In this document: positions 1 to 9,186 of the stretch, piece after piece
Numbering within the stretch: the stretch's first letter is position 1
Layout of the letters: each line of letters begins with the position of its first letter
Source of the DNA: an uncultured Buttiauxella sp.
GTDB taxonomy: Bacteria; Pseudomonadota; Gammaproteobacteria; Enterobacterales; Enterobacteriaceae
DNA length: 40,000 bases
Assembly (NCBI GenBank): GCA_946480445.1
Contig: CAMLJN010000001.1
Location: forward strand, 113,352 to 153,351
Direction: 5' to 3'
The notes under the pieces: model-generated
What the model was told of the DNA's origin: nothing
The model's input: the letters and a program-made list of their open reading frames with translations, nothing else
The model's database searches: none
Position numbers and translations under genes: made by a program

Positions 1-298
1 GCACCTGGCAGGCAAACCCGTCGCGCTTTACGGCATGGGCGACCAGCTCGGTTACGGCGAATGGTTCCTCGACGCGCTGGGCATGCTGCACGATAAGCTG
101 GCTTCACAGGGCGTGCAGTTTATCGGCTACTGGCCGACTGAGGGCTATGAGTTCACCAGCCAGAAACCCCTTATTGCCGACGGACAGCTGTTTGTAGGCC
201 TGGCGCTGGATGAAACCAATCAGTACGACCTCAGCGACGAGCGCATAGAAACCTGGTGCGAACAAATCTTAGGTGAGATGGCCGAAAAATTCGCCTGA
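1..298 (+). CDS. fldB: flavodoxin 2, C-terminal part (5-prime end outside window)
   Basis: Frame is open from the window edge. The translated tail ([21 protein letters not shown]...[13 protein letters not shown]...) is near-identical to E. coli FldB as I recall it. Stop TGA at 296-298. Confidence 0.93.
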   Translation, partial: HLAGKPVALYGMGDQLGYGEWFLDALGMLHDKLASQGVQFIGYWPTEGYEFTSQKPLIADGQLFVGLALDETNQYDLSDERIETWCEQILGEMAEKFA

Positions 299-305
299 TC
301 CCTAT

Positions 306-728
306 TCAGACCTGACCGCCACCGCTCGCCTGCTGTTGCAACATCAGGCGACGTAAATCACGCCACTCTCCGCTGTCCATGCTGTCAGACACCAGCCATA
401 AATGCTGGCTGCGCGTTTTCCCCTTCTGCCGGATCCGCAGCATGATCCCATGGCGCAGCATCCAGGGGGCGCCGACCATCTCCCACTCTTTACCCTGCCA
501 TTTCAGGTGGTAATCCGTCAGCAGTTTAATTTCACCCTGGTTGGCATGGATACGGCGCTGGCTGCGCACGCTGTCAAACACCACCAGAGAGAGTAAAAGC
601 ATCCAGACAAGCGTGTAGCTCATCGGCCAGGGTAAAAGTAATACAAAGAGCGCCAGAAGCCCGTGGGCCAGCAGGGAAAGCCACTGCGCCCGCCAGGAAA
701 CGCGAAGATCAGATTGCCACAGGACCAC
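306..728 (-). CDS. ygfX: inner-membrane protein YgfX/CptA (reported toxin partner of SdhE)
   Basis: 140-aa ORF starting [20 protein letters not shown] with two hydrophobic segments, collinear with E. coli YgfX. Its start overlaps the sdhE stop by 20 nt. Confidence 0.9.
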   Translation of the reverse strand: MVLWQSDLRVSWRAQWLSLLAHGLLALFVLLLPWPMSYTLVWMLLLSLVVFDSVRSQRRIHANQGEIKLLTDYHLKWQGKEWEMVGAPWMLRHGIMLRIRQKGKTRSQHLWLVSDSMDSGEWRDLRRLMLQQQASGGGQV

Positions 729-975
729 GTTCTCTATTCCGTGTTTGGATAAGCTTCACCATACGCTGTAGCTGCGTGTCTGCCGGCTCGCCGTGATTCA
801 TCAACCAGTTAAACAGGTCGGGATCGTCGCATTCCAGAAGACGGATAAAGAGTGCCTTATCCTCGTCGCTTAACGTGTCATATTCATACTCAAAGAACGG
901 CATAATCGAAATATCGAGCTCGCGCATTCCACGGCGGCATGCCCAGTGAATACGTGCTTTGTTATTGATATCCAT
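709..975 (-). CDS. sdhE: FAD assembly factor SdhE (YgfY/CptB)
   Basis: 88-aa product [21 protein letters not shown]... with the RGxxE motif. ATG at 975 is preceded by AGGAAA. The longer ORF to 1392 has no support. Confidence 0.93.
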   Translation of the reverse strand: MDINNKARIHWACRRGMRELDISIMPFFEYEYDTLSDEDKALFIRLLECDDPDLFNWLMNHGEPADTQLQRMVKLIQTRNRERGPVAI

Positions 976-1078
976 GTGCTCTTTCCTGCTTAACTGACGT
1001 ATAAGGTACGACGGATAGTGTAACGTGTTTTCGCTCCGCGTATTACCTGAATGTTGCTTTATACGTACTTTCCCTGAA

Positions 1079-1105
1079 TAAAAAAAAGCAACGTAAACGC
1101 GTTGC
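1079..1105 (-). terminator. orphan intrinsic-terminator-like hairpin (GCAACG-N6-CGTTGC followed by a T8-9 run on the minus strand) about 105 nt upstream of sdhE
   Basis: Plus strand reads A8-GCAACGTAAACGCGTTGC, so minus-strand RNA would be a hairpin followed by a U-run. No upstream minus-strand gene exists, because ygfZ is divergent. Confidence 0.45.
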
Positions 1106-1221
1106 AAAGGCTTTGCGAGACAGCTCGAAACGGCACAAATCGCGTCATCAAACTGCTTGCATTGCCGGGCAGCTCTTTTACCATTACCCTCAAACATCCG
1201 TTGGATAATCCAGGACAAATT

Positions 1222-2208
1222 ATGGCTTTCACTCCTTTCCCTCCTCGTCAGCCTACAGCCGCGGCTCGCCTGCCGCTGACGCTGATGACCCTTAATGACT
1301 GGGCGCTGGTTAACGTGACGGGCGCAGAGGCCGAAAAGTACCTGCAAGGGCAAGTCACCGCAGACGTTACGCAGCTGGGAGCCAACCAGCATGTGCTATG
1401 CGCGCATTGCGATGCCAAAGGCAAAATGTGGAGCAACCTGCGGCTTTTCCCTCGTCATGACGGGTTCGCCTTTATCGAACGTCGCAGTGTGTATGAAGCA
1501 CAGCTGGCCGAGCTAAAAAAGTACGCCGTATTTTCAAAAGTTACCTTCACGCCAGATGATGAAAGCGTGCTGCTGGGGCTGGCCGGGTTCCAGGCCCGAG
1601 CGGCGCTGGCAAACATTTTTGCCAGCCTGCCGGATGCGGAAAATCCGCTGGTGCAGGAGGGCGCAACCACCCTGCTGTGGCTTAACCTACCAGCGGAGCG
1701 TTTCCTGATCGTCACCGACGCCGCTACGGCACAAACGCTGGCTGACAAACTGCGTGGTGCAGCCCAGTTTAACAACAGCCAGCAATGGCTGACGCTGGAT
1801 ATCGAAGGCGGTTTGCCTGTTATTGACAGCGTCAACAGCGCGCAATTTATACCCCAGGCCACCAATCTCCAGGCGCTGGGCGGTATCAGCTTTAAAAAGG
1901 GCTGCTATACCGGTCAGGAAATGGTGGCGCGCGCGAAGTTTCGCGGGGCCAACAAACGTGCGCTTTGGTCACTGGCTGGCAGCGCCTCCCGTGTACCGGA
2001 AGCGGGCGAAGACCTTGAGATGAAGATGGGCGACAACTGGCGCCGCACCGGCACCGTGCTGGCAGCTTGCCTGCTGGAAGACGGCCGGGTGGTGGTGCAG
2101 GCGGTAATGAATAACGATCTCGAAGCGGGGAGCCTTTTCCGCGTCCGTGAAGACAACGGCAGCGAACTCGCGCTTGAGCCACTGCCTTATTCATTAGAAG
2201 AGAGCTAA
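1222..2208 (+). CDS. ygfZ: folate-binding tRNA-modification / Fe-S cluster repair protein YgfZ
   Basis: ATG at 1222 gives [30 protein letters not shown]..., collinear with E. coli YgfZ (about 326 aa) and including the KGCYxGQE motif. Confidence 0.93.
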   Translation: MAFTPFPPRQPTAAARLPLTLMTLNDWALVNVTGAEAEKYLQGQVTADVTQLGANQHVLCAHCDAKGKMWSNLRLFPRHDGFAFIERRSVYEAQLAELKKYAVFSKVTFTPDDESVLLGLAGFQARAALANIFASLPDAENPLVQEGATTLLWLNLPAERFLIVTDAATAQTLADKLRGAAQFNNSQQWLTLDIEGGLPVIDSVNSAQFIPQATNLQALGGISFKKGCYTGQEMVARAKFRGANKRALWSLAGSASRVPEAGEDLEMKMGDNWRRTGTVLAACLLEDGRVVVQAVMNNDLEAGSLFRVREDNGSELALEPLPYSLEES

Positions 2209-2220
2209 TCCCTGCCCGTA

Positions 2221-2247
2221 TCCTGCCCCTGCAACGTGGGGGCAGGA
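2221..2247. terminator. GC-rich hairpin between convergent ygfZ and yqfA (TCCTGCCCC-N9-GGGGCAGGA)
   Basis: 9-bp perfect inverted repeat read directly from the sequence. No clear U-tract on either strand. Confidence 0.4.
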
Positions 2248-2251
2248 AGCC

Positions 2252-2905
2252 CTAGCGGATATACAGGTAAATGGCGAGAAAATGGCACACGCTGCCGCCC
2301 AGCACAAAACCATGCCAGATGGCGTGGTTGTATGGGATACGTTTGCAGACATAGAAAATAACGCCCAGCGAATAAATGATCCCGCCTGCTGCCAGCAGCG
2401 TTACGCTGCCAGGGGCGAGCTTGATCACCATCTGGTAGATCACCACCAACGACAGCCAGCCCATCAAAAGATAGGTCACCAGCGACAGCACCTTAAAGCG
2501 GTGGGCAATGGTGAGCTTAAACAGAACTCCCGCCAGCGCGAGGCTCCAGATAACAATCATCAATCCGCGTGAGAGCGGCGAATCCAGCCCTATGAGCAGG
2601 AAAGGCGTGTAGGTCCCGGCAATCAGCAGGTAAATAGCACAGTGGTCAAATTTCTTTAACCAGCGCTTGGCCCGCTCGTGGGGAATAGCGTGATACAACG
2701 TCGAGGCAAGAAACAGCAAAATCATGCTGCCGCCGTACAGGCTGTAGCTGGTAATCGCCGTCACGCTGGCGTTGGCATCAAGGGCCTGAACCAGCAGCAG
2801 AACCAGTCCGACAATGCCGAACACCAGCCCAATACCGTGGCTAATGCTATTGGCAATTTCCTCTGCCAGTGAATATCCCGATGTTTTGATTGGTTTGTCA
2901 GCCAT
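2252..2905 (-). CDS. yqfA: hemolysin-III family (PAQR-like) inner-membrane protein
   Basis: Start [34 protein letters not shown]... parallels E. coli YqfA. Multiple TM segments. ATG at 2905. Confidence 0.9.
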   Translation of the reverse strand: MADKPIKTSGYSLAEEIANSISHGIGLVFGIVGLVLLLVQALDANASVTAITSYSLYGGSMILLFLASTLYHAIPHERAKRWLKKFDHCAIYLLIAGTYTPFLLIGLDSPLSRGLMIVIWSLALAGVLFKLTIAHRFKVLSLVTYLLMGWLSLVVIYQMVIKLAPGSVTLLAAGGIIYSLGVIFYVCKRIPYNHAIWHGFVLGGSVCHFLAIYLYIR

Positions 2906-3059
2906 AAGGCTACTCCCGATACATAAGATGAAAAATGCAGCATCCTCAGCATAACTGAGAATGATTCCAGTGAACACGTGTACGCTAAAATAAATCTCTC
3001 AGCGCCGGAAGGCATACCTGTACAATCAATCCGTCATCAAAAAATAAGGAGCAACAGCG

Positions 3060-3656
3060 ATGTCCCCACTTCCCTTTGGCGTAATGAGCGATGTCATCGC
3101 CTTTCTGATGGAGATCGACAAGCTTAAGCAGGTTGAACGACGCACAAAGATTATCGGTAAGGATAGACAGGAAAACTCGGCGGAACATAGCTGGCATTTT
3201 GCCGTGGCGGCCATGAGCCTCGCGCCATTCGCGCCGGCAGAAGTGAATATGTCGCGGGTCGTGCAAATGGCATTGTTGCATGACATCGTTGAAATTGATG
3301 TCGGTGATGTCCTGGTTTACGACCTGGCGGCAAGAGAAGCCGTTGCGCAGAAAGAAGCCCTTGCGGCTGAACGCCTGTTTGGATTATTACCCGAACCTCA
3401 GCGCGGTGATTTTCTTGCTCTCTGGCAGGAGTATGAAGCTGGCGTCAGTGAGGATGCCCGCTTTGCCAGTTCGCTCGATCGTATTTTGCCCATTTTGCAA
3501 AATCTGCATAATGAAGGACAAAGCTGGCGTGAAAATAATATCTCTCTGGAGCAGGTCTTAACCCGCAATGCACGAGCAGGCGAAAGCTGGCCCGAATTAT
3601 GGCAACATGTCGTCAGCCATTTGTATCTTGCGCAGGAAAAGGGCTGGCTGCGCTAA
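3060..3656 (+). CDS. HD-domain metal-dependent phosphohydrolase (YfbR/HDDC2-like 5-prime-nucleotidase family)
   Basis: 198-aa ORF with the H...HD...D signature (NSAEHSWH, LLHDIVEIDVGD, SSLDR). AAGGAG lies 8 nt upstream of ATG 3060. I do not recall this gene at this locus in E. coli K-12. Confidence 0.8.
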   Translation: MSPLPFGVMSDVIAFLMEIDKLKQVERRTKIIGKDRQENSAEHSWHFAVAAMSLAPFAPAEVNMSRVVQMALLHDIVEIDVGDVLVYDLAAREAVAQKEALAAERLFGLLPEPQRGDFLALWQEYEAGVSEDARFASSLDRILPILQNLHNEGQSWRENNISLEQVLTRNARAGESWPELWQHVVSHLYLAQEKGWLR

Positions 3657-3698
3657 ACTACTCGCCGGATCACGGCTGAACACTCAGGAAGATGCACG

Positions 3699-4427
3699 AT
3701 GTTTACTCACGCGGCGGTCGCTAATCTCAACGGTCTGGAAATGCAGGTCTACAACTATGTCATTAAAAACCGTGACAAAGTGATGTATATGACCATCCGC
3801 GAGCTGGCTGACGCCGTAGGCGTCTCCACCACCACCGTGCTGCGCTTTTGCCGTAAGCTGAACTGTGAGGGCTACTCTGAATTCCGCGTGCGTTTTAAAT
3901 TATTTCTTGAGCAGAATGATGAGCAGCAGGTTAATTTTGGCCCCAGCGAAATAATCAGTTTTTTCAAAAGCACCAACAATGAAGAATTCGATAATTTAAT
4001 CGACCGTGCCATCGACATTATTTGCGCATCGGAGCGAATTATATTCGTTGGCGCAGGCACCTCTGGAGCGCTGGCTAAATATGGCGCACGTTTCTTTTCC
4101 AACGTCGGTAAATTTAGCAACCATATTGACGATCCCTATTTTCCGGTGACCAGCGATATGGCCAAAAATGCGCTGGCGATTGTGCTTTCCGTTTCAGGGG
4201 AGACGGAAGAGATCCTGCGCTTTGCCAGCCAGTTCAGCCTGCATAACTGCAAGGTGATGTCTGTCACCAGCCATGAGAACTCTTCCCTTGCGAAGCTTGC
4301 AGACTTCAATATCTCCTGGCACATTCCCCTCACCCGCGTAGCGGGCGTCTATGACATCACGACCCAAATCCCCGTTATTTATATTTTAGAAACGATAGGC
4401 CGCAGACTGGCGAAAAAAATGGCGTAA
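3699..4427 (+). CDS. RpiR/MurR-family transcriptional regulator (N-terminal HTH, C-terminal SIS sugar-phosphate-binding domain)
   Basis: HTH segment MTIRELADAVGVSTTTVLRFCRKLNCEGYSEF and SIS-like segment IIFVGAGTSGALAKY...LSVSGET. AGGAAG lies upstream of the ATG. Confidence 0.85.
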   Translation: MFTHAAVANLNGLEMQVYNYVIKNRDKVMYMTIRELADAVGVSTTTVLRFCRKLNCEGYSEFRVRFKLFLEQNDEQQVNFGPSEIISFFKSTNNEEFDNLIDRAIDIICASERIIFVGAGTSGALAKYGARFFSNVGKFSNHIDDPYFPVTSDMAKNALAIVLSVSGETEEILRFASQFSLHNCKVMSVTSHENSSLAKLADFNISWHIPLTRVAGVYDITTQIPVIYILETIGRRLAKKMA

Positions 4428-4447
4428 AAAACATATTGTTTTTTATA

Positions 4448-4510
4448 TGTAACAAATCACAAGATCCGCCATTTGTTATATCGTGACAATTAAATCTCAT
4501 TTGTTAGACT
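4448..4510 (+). promoter_or_regulatory. candidate bglA promoter/operator: three ATTTGTTA half-sites plus possible -35 GTGACA (4483-4488) and -10 TAGACT (4505-4510)
   Basis: TGTAACAAAT at 4448-4457 is the inverted partner of ATTTGTTATA at 4471-4480. A third copy, ATTTGTTAG, lies at 4499-4507. The putative hexamers are separated by a 16-nt spacer. Confidence 0.3.
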
Positions 4511-4586
4511 CCAGCACAGAGCTTATTAACGTAACGCCATTTCGTGAGCTAACGCACAAGAGTACTGGCGCTGACAGTGAGATTAA

Positions 4587-6023
<1,437 letters not shown>

Positions 6024-6042
6024 TCGCTTAGCGACAGAGAAC

Positions 6043-6072
6043 GGGTGGATAGCGCGTTGCGCTTATCCACCC
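6043..6072. repeat. REP-like imperfect palindrome between convergent bglA and the histidine kinase gene
   Basis: GGGTGGATAGCGCGTTGCGCTTATCCACCC. It shares the GGTGGAT...TCCACCCGAC frame with the element at 12095-12121. Confidence 0.5.
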
Positions 6073-6089
6073 GACATCCGCCCTACACC

Positions 6090-7556
6090 CTACACAGGCA
6101 GAGCGAAACGGAAGCAGGCACCGTTTTCAGCCTTGTCGACAAGCATGATATCGCTGCCGTGCAGCTGAAGCATCTGACGAACAATCATTAACCCCAGCCC
6201 CCCTACCCGCAGCCGGGACTGGCTGGCAATAGACGGCCGCACAAACAGCCCCTCTTTAAGCTCCTGCGCAATACCCGGCCCGTTATCGCTCACCTGTACC
6301 AATACCTTCTCTCCTTCAGCCCACAGGCGAACCGAGATCGTTCCTTTTTCTGGCGCATGTCGAATGGCATTATCAAGCAGGTTTGTGAGTACGCGCTCAA
6401 TCATCCCGACATCAGCGTCAATCATCGGCAATCCAGGCTGAATATCCGCCAGCATTTGCTGCTGACGCGTCTGCGCCGCGAGTTCAAATTTCTGGAAGAC
6501 ATCCTGCAAAAGCTCGCTCAGGGAAAAGTGTTCTTTCTGCGGTTTCACCACGCCATATTCCAGACGCGCCAGCTCAAACAATGACTGTGCCAGCGTGCCG
6601 ACTTTCTGACTTTGCCCCAGCGCGATATCCAGGTAACGCTTTTTATCCGCCTCGGAGAGCGTCGCCGACATCACCGATAAGCTTTCCAGATAGCCATGCA
6701 AAGAGGTCAGCGGCGTGCGCAGGTCGTGTGAAATATTAGCGATAAATTCACGGCGCAGCTGATCCTGGTGAGACAACCGTTGCCACTGCTCAGCGATGCG
6801 TCGGGCCATAGAGATAACCCCCTGACGCAGAAGGCCAATCTCATCGCCGCCAATTTCATCGCGTGTTGGCTGAGCGGCCATCGCCTTCATTTCTTCCATG
6901 CCGCCGGTTTCAAGAGCATGAACCTGACGTGAAAGACTGCGCAGCGGGCGCGTGATCCAGCGAAAGGCCAGGCCACCCACGATAAGCCCCAGTAACGCGA
7001 CCAGACTTATGGATAGCAAAACGATCTTCAGCAGCGCGTTAAATTGTGCATCGCTGTTTAGCGCGCTGTATTTTTCCCCCAGCAGGATGACGTAAAGATA
7101 GCCTTTAATCTGCCCGTCCTGGCGCATCGGTGCCACGCTAAAGACTTTCTTACCGTGCAGGCTGCGGGGATCGTCTCCATAGACGGGGTAGTGCGGGCTG
7201 TTCATCGCCTCCTGAAGAGGCTGTAAATCAATACGTTCGCGTTTCAGATGCCCGGGCGGTGCGCCATCGCCCACGATGTTACCCTGCTTATCCAGCAGAT
7301 AAACCTCAACGCTTGGGTTCACGGCCATCAGATGATCGAACAGGGTACGCACCGAGTCTTTGTTTATCCCGTCCTGACCGAGCAGCGGGTAGCTCTGATT
7401 GATATGCTGCGCCAGGTCGCCAGAAAGCTGCTGGATAACAGCCTGGCTGTACTGGGTACTGGTTCGCACCTGCAACCAGCCCAGCAGCGCGCAAGAGCAG
7501 AGCAACAGCAGGGCGAATGTAAGCGTCAGGCGCTGTGACAGGGAAAAAGTTCGCAT
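6090..7556 (-). CDS. two-component sensor histidine kinase (2 TM, periplasmic domain, HAMP, HisKA, HATPase_c)
   Basis: H-box FIANISHDLRTPLTSL, N-box LLDNAIRHAP and G-boxes DNGPGI / GGLGL. N-terminal TM, periplasmic stretch of about 150 aa, then a second TM. Confidence 0.9.
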   Translation of the reverse strand: MRTFSLSQRLTLTFALLLLCSCALLGWLQVRTSTQYSQAVIQQLSGDLAQHINQSYPLLGQDGINKDSVRTLFDHLMAVNPSVEVYLLDKQGNIVGDGAPPGHLKRERIDLQPLQEAMNSPHYPVYGDDPRSLHGKKVFSVAPMRQDGQIKGYLYVILLGEKYSALNSDAQFNALLKIVLLSISLVALLGLIVGGLAFRWITRPLRSLSRQVHALETGGMEEMKAMAAQPTRDEIGGDEIGLLRQGVISMARRIAEQWQRLSHQDQLRREFIANISHDLRTPLTSLHGYLESLSVMSATLSEADKKRYLDIALGQSQKVGTLAQSLFELARLEYGVVKPQKEHFSLSELLQDVFQKFELAAQTRQQQMLADIQPGLPMIDADVGMIERVLTNLLDNAIRHAPEKGTISVRLWAEGEKVLVQVSDNGPGIAQELKEGLFVRPSIASQSRLRVGGLGLMIVRQMLQLHGSDIMLVDKAENGACFRFALPV

Positions 7557-7559
7557 AGT

Positions 7560-8273
7560 TTACTCGCGTGGCTGTGCGGTGAATTTATAGCCTTTGCCCC
7601 AGACGGTACGGATAAAGCCAGGCTCTGCCGGGTTGTCTTCAATCTTGATGCGCAGACGGTTGATATGCGTGTTGACCGTATGCTCATAGCCTTCATGTTC
7701 GTAGCCCCAGACCTGGTTAAGCAGGTTCAGACGCGAGAAAACCTGTTCGGGATGTCGGGCGAAGAAATAGAGCAGATCAAACTCACGCGGGGTGAGCTCC
7801 ACCAGCTGATAGTTCAGCTGGACGTTCCTCGCCAGCGGGTCGATAGAAAGATTATCGAAGGTCAGCACGCCCGCATCCTGGCGCAGATTCTGGCTCATCG
7901 CCTCCTGTCTGCGAAACAGTGCTTTCACACGCGCCACCAGCTCCAGCATGGAAAACGGCTTGGCGAGATAGTCGTCTGCGCCCAGTTCCAGGCCGAGCAC
8001 GCGATGCGTTTCGCTTGAGCGAGCGCTAATGATAATGATGGGCGTGTAGCGCGTCATCGTTCTGGCGTGGCGACAGATTTCCAGGCCATCCACGCCCGGC
8101 AGCATCAGGTCGAGGATTAACGCATCCCAGCCGCCCTGTTTCAGTTTTTCCATTCCTGTAGTGCCGTCTGCCGCGTGAGTGATAACAAATCCCTCCTCGC
8201 GCAGGTGCAGCTGCAAAAGCTCGGCGATATTTTCGTCGTCTTCCACAATTAACAGCTTTTTCGCCTGATTCAC
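7560..8273 (-). CDS. OmpR/PhoB-family response regulator
   Basis: Receiver domain (LLIVEDD...ILDLMLPGVDG...KPF) plus winged-helix domain (LTPREFDLL...VWGKGYKF). I prefer the GTG start at 8273, which has GGGAGG 6 nt upstream. An in-frame ATG at 8297 has no SD. The gene ends 3 nt before the kinase start. Confidence 0.88.
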   Translation of the reverse strand: MNQAKKLLIVEDDENIAELLQLHLREEGFVITHAADGTTGMEKLKQGGWDALILDLMLPGVDGLEICRHARTMTRYTPIIIISARSSETHRVLGLELGADDYLAKPFSMLELVARVKALFRRQEAMSQNLRQDAGVLTFDNLSIDPLARNVQLNYQLVELTPREFDLLYFFARHPEQVFSRLNLLNQVWGYEHEGYEHTVNTHINRLRIKIEDNPAEPGFIRTVWGKGYKFTAQPRE

Positions 8274-8353
8274 CTGAATCCTCCCCACATACGTCATGAA
8301 GAAAGTCTACACAACAAGCAGGCGGAAAGTTGTCACATTTTGTTTAACTCTGA

Positions 8354-9097
8354 TTACCTGCCGCCAGCAAGATCGATAAAACTGCCGGTGACGTAAGAGG
8401 CTTTGCTGCTCAGTAACCAGACGATGGCCTGTGCCACCTCTTCCGGCTGCCCGCCGCGCTTCATGGGCAGCGCTTCTTTTACGCGATCGACGCGCCCCGC
8501 TTCACCGCCGGAGGCATGCATTTGGGTATAAATAAAGCCGGGACGCACACCGTTCACACGAATGCCCTGCGCCGCCACTTCCAGCGACAACCCGGTCGTC
8601 AGCGTATCTACCGCGCCTTTCGACGCCGCATAATCAACATATTCACCCGGCGAGCCGAGCCTTGCGGCGGCAGACGAAACGTTAACAATCGCCCCGCCTT
8701 CTCCACCGTGACGATACGCCATACGCTTGACCGCCTCGCGGCAGCAAAGGAAGTAACCCGTAACGTTGGTTGCCAGTACGCGGTTAATGCGCTCAGCCGT
8801 CAGGGTTTCGACCGTTGACTGCTCAAAGAGAATGCCTGCGTTGTTCACAAGGGCGGTAAGCGGCCCAAAAGCGCGGTCGATTTCGACAAACATCGCCATC
8901 ACCTGCAGCTCGTCTGCAATATCAGCCTTAATTGCCAGCGCCTCACCCCCCGCCGAGAGGATCGTGTTGACGACTTCATCGGCAGCCATTTTATTACGCA
9001 GGTAGTTTACAACGACTTTATAACCCGACTGCGCCAGCAGGATAGCGGTTGCTTTGCCAATCCCCCGACTGCCGCCGGTAACCAGTGCCACGCTCAT
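8354..9097 (-). CDS. ygfF: short-chain dehydrogenase/reductase YgfF
   Basis: 247 aa with TGGSRGIGKA Rossmann motif and YAASK catalytic motif. Position between bglA and gcvP as in E. coli. AGGAGA SD. Confidence 0.88.
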   Translation of the reverse strand: MSVALVTGGSRGIGKATAILLAQSGYKVVVNYLRNKMAADEVVNTILSAGGEALAIKADIADELQVMAMFVEIDRAFGPLTALVNNAGILFEQSTVETLTAERINRVLATNVTGYFLCCREAVKRMAYRHGGEGGAIVNVSSAAARLGSPGEYVDYAASKGAVDTLTTGLSLEVAAQGIRVNGVRPGFIYTQMHASGGEAGRVDRVKEALPMKRGGQPEEVAQAIVWLLSSKASYVTGSFIDLAGGR

Positions 9098-9118
9098 TTT
9101 TCTCTCCTGATACAGATA

Positions 9119-9148
9119 GCATAAAGGGCACCTGGGTGCCCTTTATGC
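9119..9148 (-). terminator. perfect 14-bp-arm palindrome downstream of gcvP (GCATAAAGGGCACC-TG-GGTGCCCTTTATGC)
   Basis: Read directly from the sequence. It lies 39 nt after the gcvP stop. The U-tract is weak. Confidence 0.5.
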
Positions 9149-9186
9149 GTCGTTACCCCTGTCTCCCTCCGGGAGTGAGGGGTCTG

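Noticed and set aside
976-1392. N-terminal extension making sdhE a 227-aa ORF, and similar 5-prime extensions of gcvP, gcvT, rpiA, fbaA, epd, tdcE, tdcF, yqfA and argP
   Set aside because: Homologue lengths and SD placement support the internal ATGs. The extensions cross promoter or intergenic sequence.
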